Origin: Candidatus Bathyarchaeia archaeon
Lineage (GTDB): Archaea; Thermoproteota; Bathyarchaeia; 40CM-2-53-6
DNA length: 64,000 nucleotides
Reading direction: 5' to 3'
NCBI GenBank assembly: GCA_049513715.1
Contig: JBEKVV010000001.1
Span: forward strand, 832,223-896,222
Shown here: positions 57,071 to 64,000 of the stretch, in pieces
Layout of the letters: each line of letters opens with the position of its first letter
Numbering within the stretch: the first letter of the stretch is position 1
The notes under the pieces: generated by a model
Database searches by the model: none
What the model was told of the DNA's origin: nothing
What the model saw: only the letters and a program-made list of their open reading frames with translations
Made by a program: the position numbers and the translations under genes

Positions 57071-59489
57071 GAAAACGACGAGAAAAATGACGAAAAGAAA
57101 CCTAACCAAGGGCAGGTCGATTAAGTCGCGACCGCTGCTGTTGAATTCTGAACGGAAATACAAGTATCTTTGTGAAGACGGCTCAGCGGTCATGCTGATG
57201 CTTGGTCGAGACGGAAAGATAATAGATGCAAACAACGCGCTTCTCGAAATGTCGGGCGCCTCAAGGGATGAAATCCTCGGCAAGAATGTTCTGGACTTCG
57301 TTGTCTCTGAGCACAGGAAAAAAGCAGCTGCGCAAATACGGGCCGCATTGATTGACGGAGCAGCCCCACAGCTTGAGGTGGCGTTCCGAAGCAAAGAAGG
57401 TTCGACCCGCACCCTATTGCTTCCACCAAAACAACTTGTACTCGAAGAAGGTGGACAACGGAGTATTCTTGTCATGGGGATCGATATCACCGAACGCACA
57501 CATATGGAGAAAGCACTCCAGGAGAGTGAGGAGAAGTTTCGGGCGATGGTTGAGAATTCGCCCAACATGATCGGTATTTTCCAGGATGGAGTGCTAAAGT
57601 ACGTCAACAGTACTGGAATCCTCAAGTTAGGTTGGACTTACAAAGAGCTCGCATCGCCTTCTTTTGACCCAATAGAGAACGTCGTGATGCAGAAATCTAG
57701 GAGTTTGCTAAAGGAAAACGTTGGTAAGAGGCTGCGTGGCGAAGTCGTCGCTCCTTATGAGATAAGCCTGACCAAGAAGGACGGTTCAGAAGTCCCAGTC
57801 TTGGTTAGAGGAGCGAAAATCATCTACAATCAGAAACCAGCGATAGAGTTCGTTTTCGACGATATTACTGAACGCAGGAGGGCCGAGGAGAAACTTCGTC
57901 AATCGGTAGAACGCTACCAGTCTCTCTTCGATCGGATGCTGGATGGAACATACCGCAGCACGCACGAGGGCCGATTTGTCGACATCAATCCTGCTTTTGT
58001 AAAGATGTTCAGGTATTCGAGCAAGCAGGAAGTCTTGGACATTACGGACATCAAGAAGCAACTGTATTTCTCACCCGAAGAACGCGGAAGCCACATTCTG
58101 GACACAGGCCAAGAAGAAGTGGAAGTATACAGGATGCGTCGAAAGGATGGGTCCGAGGTCTGGGTAGAAGACCATGGTCGTTACGTTCACGGCGAACAGG
58201 GACACATCATTTACCATGAAGGAATACTCCGCGACGTCACCGAACGTAAACGGTTGCAAGAGGAATTGAGGCAGCATTCGCTGCACTTGGAGGAGTTGGT
58301 GGGTGAGAGAACCAAGGAACTACAGGAAAGCGAGGAGAAGTATCGTGAACTGTTTGAAGCCTGCCCAGTATCACTCTGGGAGGAAGACTTCTCCGCCGTG
58401 AAAAAATTCCTAGATGAATTGCGACAAAAGGGGGTTTCAGATTTTGGCGCCTACTTCGCCAACCACCCCACAGACATTGCCAAATGCGCTGCACTGGTGA
58501 AAATTCTCAACGTGAACGAAGCCACCTTAGATCTCTACAACGCGAAGTCAAAGGTTGAGATTATCGGAGGTTTAAGCGGCGTCTTAACAGAACACTCGAA
58601 TCGCGCGTTTGTGGGTGAACTCGTTGCGTTGGCTCAAGGCAAGAAGTACTATGAAGCAGAAATCGAAAACACAACTCTGCGCGGCGAAACGAAGCAATGC
58701 AACGTGATATGCGCTGTAGTTCCTGGCAACGAGCAATCACTCGCAAAGGTTCTGATCTGCATAGTCGATTTGACTCCCCAGAAAAAGTTGGAGGCACAGC
58801 TTGTCAAATCGCAGCGACTCGCCGCGATTGGAGAAACTGCTGCGATGGTGGGCCATGACCTACGTAACCCTCTGCAAGGAATAACCGGAGCCGCCTACAA
58901 CATACGAAGAAATCTCCGAAACGCACCCGACCCCTCCACGAAAGAGATGCTGGCAGTCATAGACAACGGAGTTCAACACGCAAATGGAATCATCAACGAC
59001 CTGTTAGAGTTTTCAAGAGAAATGCAGCTCCAACTCGTGCCTACCACACCAAAATCGATCGTAAGACAGACGCTTACGGATGTTAAGATTCCAAACAACA
59101 TCACAATAGAGGATACGACAGCTGATGCACCAGAAATTCTCGCAGATGAACCCAAGATCAAACGTGTACTTACCAACCTTATTCAGAACGCTATCGACGC
59201 AATGCCGGAAGGCGGAAAATTGTCGATCCTGAGTATGAATACGCAGCAAGAGGTGTCGATATCCGTCCGCGACACAGGGTTCGGAATTACCCAAGACATG
59301 ATGAAGAAAATTTGGACACCACTATACACAACCAAGGCGAAGGGAATTGGGCTGGGACTGCCAATCTGCAGACGCATTATAGAAGCCCATGGTGGCACTA
59401 TATCCATTGAAAGCACCGTTGGAAAGGGAACAACCTTCACGCTGAAACTCCCAATCCAACACGTCCAGACGGGAGGTGAACCATTATGA
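57060..59489 (+). CDS. Cytoplasmic multi-PAS sensor histidine kinase
   Basis: Four PAS/PAC units (DITER), H-box GHDLRNPL, N-box NLIQNA, DTG, GIGLGL. Confidence 0.95.
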   Translation: MLIEKTTRKMTKRNLTKGRSIKSRPLLLNSERKYKYLCEDGSAVMLMLGRDGKIIDANNALLEMSGASRDEILGKNVLDFVVSEHRKKAAAQIRAALIDGAAPQLEVAFRSKEGSTRTLLLPPKQLVLEEGGQRSILVMGIDITERTHMEKALQESEEKFRAMVENSPNMIGIFQDGVLKYVNSTGILKLGWTYKELASPSFDPIENVVMQKSRSLLKENVGKRLRGEVVAPYEISLTKKDGSEVPVLVRGAKIIYNQKPAIEFVFDDITERRRAEEKLRQSVERYQSLFDRMLDGTYRSTHEGRFVDINPAFVKMFRYSSKQEVLDITDIKKQLYFSPEERGSHILDTGQEEVEVYRMRRKDGSEVWVEDHGRYVHGEQGHIIYHEGILRDVTERKRLQEELRQHSLHLEELVGERTKELQESEEKYRELFEACPVSLWEEDFSAVKKFLDELRQKGVSDFGAYFANHPTDIAKCAALVKILNVNEATLDLYNAKSKVEIIGGLSGVLTEHSNRAFVGELVALAQGKKYYEAEIENTTLRGETKQCNVICAVVPGNEQSLAKVLICIVDLTPQKKLEAQLVKSQRLAAIGETAAMVGHDLRNPLQGITGAAYNIRRNLRNAPDPSTKEMLAVIDNGVQHANGIINDLLEFSREMQLQLVPTTPKSIVRQTLTDVKIPNNITIEDTTADAPEILADEPKIKRVLTNLIQNAIDAMPEGGKLSILSMNTQQEVSISVRDTGFGITQDMMKKIWTPLYTTKAKGIGLGLPICRRIIEAHGGTISIESTVGKGTTFTLKLPIQHVQTGGEPL

Positions 59490-59971
59490 GTGAAGACGAA
59501 AAAGGCAGAATACTCGTCATAGACGACGATGAAGGAACACGCAAAGTCGTCGCTGAAGCGTTAAAGAGCGAAGGCTACGTAGTAGACACAGCGAGCAATG
59601 GCAAGGAAGCCATTGAGAAATCCCAAACCAACTTCTACAACCTCGCGCTCGTAGACATTCGCTTACCAGACATGGAAGGCACAAAACTTCTCACCGCCAT
59701 GAAGGAAACAACCCCAGAGATGATCAAGATCATTCTCACAGGATACCCTGCATTACAGAATACCATAGACGCAGTAAACAAGGGCGCCCACGGCTATTTG
59801 GTCAAACCAATCAACATGGACGAACTCCTTCGAACAATCAAACAGCACATGAAAAAACAAAGCGAAATGGAGGAATATGGCCAGCAAAGGGTAGCTCAAT
59901 TCGTGGAAACACGTATCAAAGAACTACAAACAGAAGAACTCGACACCCCAAAGGCGACGAAGAAAGACTAA
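59486..59971 (+). CDS. Response regulator (receiver domain + short helical tail)
   Basis: ILVIDDD, LVDIRLPD, LTG, KP; ATGA overlap with the kinase. Confidence 0.95.
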   Translation: MSEDEKGRILVIDDDEGTRKVVAEALKSEGYVVDTASNGKEAIEKSQTNFYNLALVDIRLPDMEGTKLLTAMKETTPEMIKIILTGYPALQNTIDAVNKGAHGYLVKPINMDELLRTIKQHMKKQSEMEEYGQQRVAQFVETRIKELQTEELDTPKATKKD

Positions 59972-60038
59972 CTCCAACGATAATGCTGCGACAGAACGTG
60001 CCAGAACGGTTGGGCACTCCAACGATTGAAGTTCACTT

Positions 60039-60184
60039 CGAAGGGTTCGAATCCCTTCGGGCTCCTAAAATGGTCATTAGTCCCACGAATCGTGGGTTCA
60101 AATCCCACCAGCCCCACGACTTCGCGTATATGTACGGGTAATTGGGGTCAAAATCCCATCCCCGCACCAAAATCCCACTCCGCA
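60039..60184 (+). other. Stack of tRNA 3'-end (T-arm + acceptor strand) fragments, probable integration scars
   Basis: aaggg-TTCGAAT-ccctt-cgggctc; gtggg-TTCAAAT-cccac-cagcccca; tgggg-tcaaaat-cccat-ccccgcACCA; no 5' tRNA halves. Confidence 0.7.
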
Positions 60185-60243
60185 TGTTCCGGACCACAAA
60201 TCTGATTAAGTGGGATTCCCCGAAATGTATCAGGCATGTTCGC

Positions 60244-60498
60244 ATGATAACAGTTGAGATCGACTCCAAGGGGAGAGTCGTCATTCCCAAGGGTGTCAGA
60301 GAACAGAGCGGAATCTCGGCCCCTGGGGAATTGCTCGTAACCGTTGAAGGCGTTGGGAAGATTACTTTGGAGTCTGCTGAGGCCAGTTTGCAGAAGGCGC
60401 AGCGTGTGGGGAGGAAGAAGCTTCGGTCTTGGAGTGAAAGTAGGCACGAGGAAGACAGATTGGCTCGTGAACTTGTCCGCGAGGAAGACTCGCAGTGA
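60244..60498 (+). CDS. vapB: AbrB/MazE-type antitoxin
   Basis: MITVEIDSKGRVVIPKGVRE; GTGA overlap with the PIN toxin. Confidence 0.88.
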   Translation: MITVEIDSKGRVVIPKGVREQSGISAPGELLVTVEGVGKITLESAEASLQKAQRVGRKKLRSWSESRHEEDRLARELVREEDSQ

Positions 60499-60887
60499 AA
60501 CTGCTTGATACAATGGTTCTCGTAAGCGCGATGAATCCGAGCAGCAGATATCACAAGACTGGAATGGCATATCTAGGAGCGCTTCGGGCCTCAGAAGCAA
60601 CTCGCGTCCCAACATCGACCCTGATCGAATTCGACCTCGTAATGCGAAATAACAAGTACACTGAGGCCGAGATTGCGGACACTTGGGCCGCACTTGTGCC
60701 TTTCGTGGAAGGGAAGTTTGTGGCTACCGCCCCCTCCGCCCACTTGATAGCTGCCGGAATGAGGGTGAAGGGGCTGACGTATTTCGACTCGTTGATAACC
60801 GCGCTTGCCAAGGAAATGAACGCCATTGTGATAACACGAGACGATGCGATATCGCAGTACGTTGGCACCGAATGGGAGGCAAGTTAG
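60495..60887 (+). CDS. vapC: VapC PIN-domain toxin
   Basis: LLDTMVL, STLIEFD, LTYFDSLITA, ITRD. Confidence 0.9.
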   Translation: MKLLDTMVLVSAMNPSSRYHKTGMAYLGALRASEATRVPTSTLIEFDLVMRNNKYTEAEIADTWAALVPFVEGKFVATAPSAHLIAAGMRVKGLTYFDSLITALAKEMNAIVITRDDAISQYVGTEWEAS

Positions 60888-60995
60888 CAGCTTGGGTAGT
60901 CACGAATTTACCAGCAGATTGGAGTCAAAATCCCCTGAGCCATCTCTGAGATATGGTGGTAGGGTCGCTGTTCTACGAGACGAAACGGTTGTAGG

Positions 60996-61229
60996 CTAAG
61001 GTCTTAGTGTTGCGCCTGAAGGTGATGTTGCAAGGATCCACATGGCTTCTCCTGGCATACGCATCGTTGTGCTTGTCGCCCGAATCCATGCTCCACTTGT
61101 ATTATCGTAGATTCACACGTTGTTCTGGTCGTAGCTTCCTGCAATGCTGATCAGGTATTGCGAAACGGTCTCGTTCTGGATTGTGGGTTGAGGTTTGAAA
61201 CCAACCAGGTTCCATCCTGCGACGAGAGA
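60996..61229 (-). pseudogene. Orphan GWNL C-terminal domain (second half) with one nonsense codon
   Basis: Own translation SLVAGWNLVGFKPQPTIQNETVSQYLISIAGSYDQNNV*IYDNTSGAWIRATSTTMRMPGEAMWILATSPSGATLRP*. Confidence 0.88.
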
Positions 61230-61382
61230 ATTGAAAGCGATATGCGTTCGTTCTAATGGCCTACGGAACACAGCTCAGCAGAACAGTAAATCAACAGTGG
61301 GAACATTTCAACGGATATCTGTTCTTGTCGCAGTTTCACATGTCGCCCGCGAGGCGCTATACTCGAGGCTTGGTCGAGTGGG

Positions 61383-61598
61383 CTATTCTTTGCGGGCTGC
61401 ATTTGTTGCGAGTTGGAAGTCTGTGGCCCATTTGATGAGTTGGGTCATGTGGTTTTCTGCGTTGAATTTGTAGGCTTGGGCGTTGCCCAGTTTTCTTGTG
61501 GTCGACACCCATCGGAGTTCTTGTAGGTGCTTGAGGCAGTTCTTAGCGGTTTTGAATGTCAGTCCGGTGCCTTCTGCTATGATGGAGACCGTGAACTC
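61383..61598 (-). pseudogene. 5'-truncated winged-helix transcription regulator
   Basis: Own translation EFTVSIIAEGTGLTFKTAKNCLKHLQELRWVSTTRKLGNAQAYKFNAEN...; no start codon. Confidence 0.7.
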
Positions 61599-62051
61599 CG
61601 CTGGCTGATTGACGTTTCTGTGATTCAGGCATTCGAATCAGGTGTTTTGAGTCTATCAGACTTCTACTTTACCGGGGACGATTACCGATACCGTTTCGAG
61701 ATCGAAGCGAAGCAGCGTTTCATCGACCTCATTCGTGAACGGTTCAACGCGGGCGTAGCATGCAAAGGCCGAGTTCTGAAATGGGATACTGTTATCGAGC
61801 AGAAGGCCAACGAGATGGGCCGATTTCTATTGGGGAAATCACTGACGCTTGATTTTGCAGAACCCGCTCCGAGGCTAGTGAGGAATGATGACCGAGAAAT
61901 GCGAGCTAAGATTCTAGCGTTGACATCGTCGCAGGCTAAGAGCCTTGGCCTCGAAAAGAGTACGCTACACTATTTGCGTCTCCACGCGAAGAGACAACGG
62001 TTTGAAATTTACGGGAAGACTCACGAAAGACTCGAAGCACACTTACCCTAA
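61599..62051 (+). pseudogene. cas1: C-terminal fragment of a casposase-type (solo) Cas1 with C-terminal HTH
   Basis: RWLIDVSVIQAFESG....DFYFTGDDYRY...AKQRFI...FN.G..KG...WDTVIEQK..E..RFL.GK...LDF.EP.P; HTH AKSLGLEKSTLHYLR; N-terminal two-thirds absent. Confidence 0.75.
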
Positions 62052-62265
62052 GTGATTTCTCCATCGAAGCAATTGTGGTAAGGGAAGCTAAAGAAAGAGA
62101 CCTCGGCCGTGAGAAAAAGAGGTCTGAAAATTGGTCTCGAAGGATATCAGGGAGCTTTACGGTCTGAGTACTTACTATGCATACTTACAGTACGTATGGT
62201 CTGGAAGCCTCGTAATTGTTAATACTGCAAACGTGAGTAACTTCTGCCGCTGAGAAGCTGTTTTC

Positions 62266-63735
62266 TTGGCTCATCGTGATCTTCGAACGGTTCTCGTCTG
62301 TATGCTTGTATTACTGGTCGTAGTCAGCGGCACTCTTTCAGCCACCCCGCTTCCTCTCGTGCATGCCTGTAGCATCTGCAACTTCCTCCTAACCTGGGGT
62401 TCACTTGGTACTGGTAACGGCCAATTCCACTATACGCGAGGTGTTGCTGTAGATCGTTCCGGGAACGTGTACGTAACCGACCAGGGCAATAGTCGTGTTG
62501 AGAAGTTCACTAGCACGGGCATATACATAACCCAGTTGAGTGGGTCTAGTCCCAACCAGCTCAGCTATCCGAGTGGTGTTGCTGTGGACGCTTCCGGGAA
62601 CGTGTACGTAACCGACACAGGCAATAACCGTGTTGAAAAGTTCACGAGCACAGGCACATTCATAACCAATTGGGGCTCATCCGGTTCGGGTAACAGCGAA
62701 TTCGCGTCTCCGGGGCCTTATGGGGTTGCTGTTGACAATTCCGGTAACGTCTACGTGGTCGACCGTGGCAATAATCGTATCGAGAAATTCAGTAGCACAG
62801 GCACATTCACCACCACTTGGGGTCACTCTGGGAACCAGAATGGTAACTTCACCAATCCGTATGGTGTTGCTGTTGACAGTTCCGGGAACGTGTACGTAAC
62901 CGACACAGGCAATAACCGTGTTGAAAAGTTCACGAGCACAGGTGCATTCATACTCGCTTGGGGTTCTACTGGTTCTGGCAACGGTGAATTCGACGTTCCA
63001 GTCTACGTTGCTTCTGACCCATACGGGAACGTGTACGTAGCTGACTATAGCAATGGTCGGGTTCAGAAGTTCACTGGCACAGGCACCTACCTATCCCAGT
63101 GGGGTTCACCTGGTTCTGGTAACGGCGAGTTCAACGGTCCGTATGGTGTTGCTGCGGATAGCTTCGGCAACGTGTACGTAACTGACCAAGACAATGATCG
63201 TGTTGAGTTATTTGGCGACACAACCCTCGCGTCTATACCGCTGGTTGAGGGTTGGAATTTGATTTCGCTTCCAATCGTCCCAGTAAGCACGGCAATAGCG
63301 AAGGTTCTTAACGATTTGATTGTCGGCAACAATTTCACAATCGTCTGGTCCTATCAGAGTGGCAAGTGGAGTTCAGCTAGTTTTAGTAACGGCAAGGTTT
63401 CCGGCTCGTTAACAACAATGCAGGACGGGTTTGGGTACTGGATATACATGACCCAGCCGAGTAACTTGAAGGTTCTCGGGTACGTGGTTCCGCCCGTTTC
63501 CTCGCCGCCGACTTATTCGTTATCGGCGGGATGGAATCTGATCGGATACAAGCCGGAACCCGACCCTACGGCGACTGAAACCGTCTCGACGTACCTTACT
63601 AGCATCACGGGAAGTTATGACTCGAATAATGTCTGGGTTTACACTAGCGGTTCATGGGCAAGGAATCCAACAAGCCTCACGCCGGGTGAAGGCATGTGGA
63701 TTCTGGTAACTTCCTCCGCAACTCTCAGGCCGTAA
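62266..63735 (+). CDS. Secreted NHL-repeat beta-propeller + GWNL C-terminal domain (copy 7); paralog of 38212..39777
   Basis: Signal peptide; six NHL repeats; C-terminal domain from ~63232 ending ATLRP. Confidence 0.9.
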   Translation: MAHRDLRTVLVCMLVLLVVVSGTLSATPLPLVHACSICNFLLTWGSLGTGNGQFHYTRGVAVDRSGNVYVTDQGNSRVEKFTSTGIYITQLSGSSPNQLSYPSGVAVDASGNVYVTDTGNNRVEKFTSTGTFITNWGSSGSGNSEFASPGPYGVAVDNSGNVYVVDRGNNRIEKFSSTGTFTTTWGHSGNQNGNFTNPYGVAVDSSGNVYVTDTGNNRVEKFTSTGAFILAWGSTGSGNGEFDVPVYVASDPYGNVYVADYSNGRVQKFTGTGTYLSQWGSPGSGNGEFNGPYGVAADSFGNVYVTDQDNDRVELFGDTTLASIPLVEGWNLISLPIVPVSTAIAKVLNDLIVGNNFTIVWSYQSGKWSSASFSNGKVSGSLTTMQDGFGYWIYMTQPSNLKVLGYVVPPVSSPPTYSLSAGWNLIGYKPEPDPTATETVSTYLTSITGSYDSNNVWVYTSGSWARNPTSLTPGEGMWILVTSSATLRP

Positions 63736-63827
63736 TTCCGCAAAGCCCTATCCACTTTGCCCCAGAGCTTCAGTGTGTGTGGGTCTAGTGGTGCGCACAC
63801 ACACAGAAAACAATAACGACTGAATGA

Positions 63828-64000
63828 CTACTGGTCTAGTGTGACTTCGAAGTTGTCCCCTATCTTCAGTTCGTGCCATTCTCGGTCAAAGTGTACGTTT
63901 CGCATGCTCCTGATCCGCATCAAGTCTCTCGTGCGTTTGCCTTCTTCTTCAAGCTTGAAATCTATGATACCGTCAACTGCGGCTTCCATAGACTTGTAGA
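63828..64000 (-). CDS. C-terminal end of a KaiC/RAD55-like ATPase-fold protein (runs off the window)
   Basis: Own translation YKSMEAAVDGIIDFKLEEEGKRTRDLMRIRSMRNVHFDREWHELKIGDNFEVTLDQ*. Confidence 0.65.
   Translation of the reverse strand, partial: YKSMEAAVDGIIDFKLEEEGKRTRDLMRIRSMRNVHFDREWHELKIGDNFEVTLDQ

Noticed and set aside
61527..61598. N-terminus of the ORF-track protein 61527..62051
   Set aside because: It is the antisense of the truncated wHTH gene, not part of Cas1
33371..63735. Diversity-generating retroelement acting on the repeated C-terminal domains
   Set aside because: No reverse transcriptase in the window; differences between copies are not adenine-specific and look like ordinary, largely synonymous divergence
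59972..64000. CRISPR array near the cas1 fragment
   Set aside because: No regularly spaced identical repeats with unique spacers; the repeats at 60039-60184 are heterogeneous tRNA-like pieces, and the repeats in 62266-63735 are coding NHL blades
1..64000. Genome-wide TAG recoding
   Set aside because: Many intact genes end in TAG at the expected family C-terminus (e.g. rpoP, tatC, cofE, GWNL genes at 45119 and 48491); the internal stops look like point mutations

Overview
Archaeal chromosome segment. Gene content (aIF1, EndA, RpoP, archaeal GlyRS, CofE, PEF-CTERM proteins, DUF3227/NitrOD5 next to a PAS histidine kinase) is most like Bathyarchaeia/TACK; this is an inference. Bases 1 to ~29.7 kb are mostly housekeeping genes: translation, tRNA splicing, SdhAB, TatAC, MgtA, H+-PPase, CofE, flippase and NDP-sugar transferase. 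From ~29.9 kb to the end is an accessory cell-surface island. Its main feature is a family of secreted proteins with unrelated N-terminal cargo (Ig-like domain, NHL propellers x3, sedolisin, circularly permuted peptide-binding protein, BNR/sialidase propeller). All end in the same ~165-185 aa internally duplicated 'GWNL...GWNL...TL(R/Y)P' C-terminal domain. There are 7 intact copies plus 2 orphan decayed copies. This is a candidate undescribed archaeal surface-sorting/anchoring system. The island also carries many intact and broken toxin-antitoxin modules, a 364-bp IS6-like MITE with an 8-bp target duplication, a stack of tRNA 3'-end fragments, and a truncated casposase-type Cas1 fused head-to-head with a truncated wHTH gene. 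No CRISPR array, rRNA or complete tRNA was recognised. All assignments are from motif reading by eye; no database searches were run.
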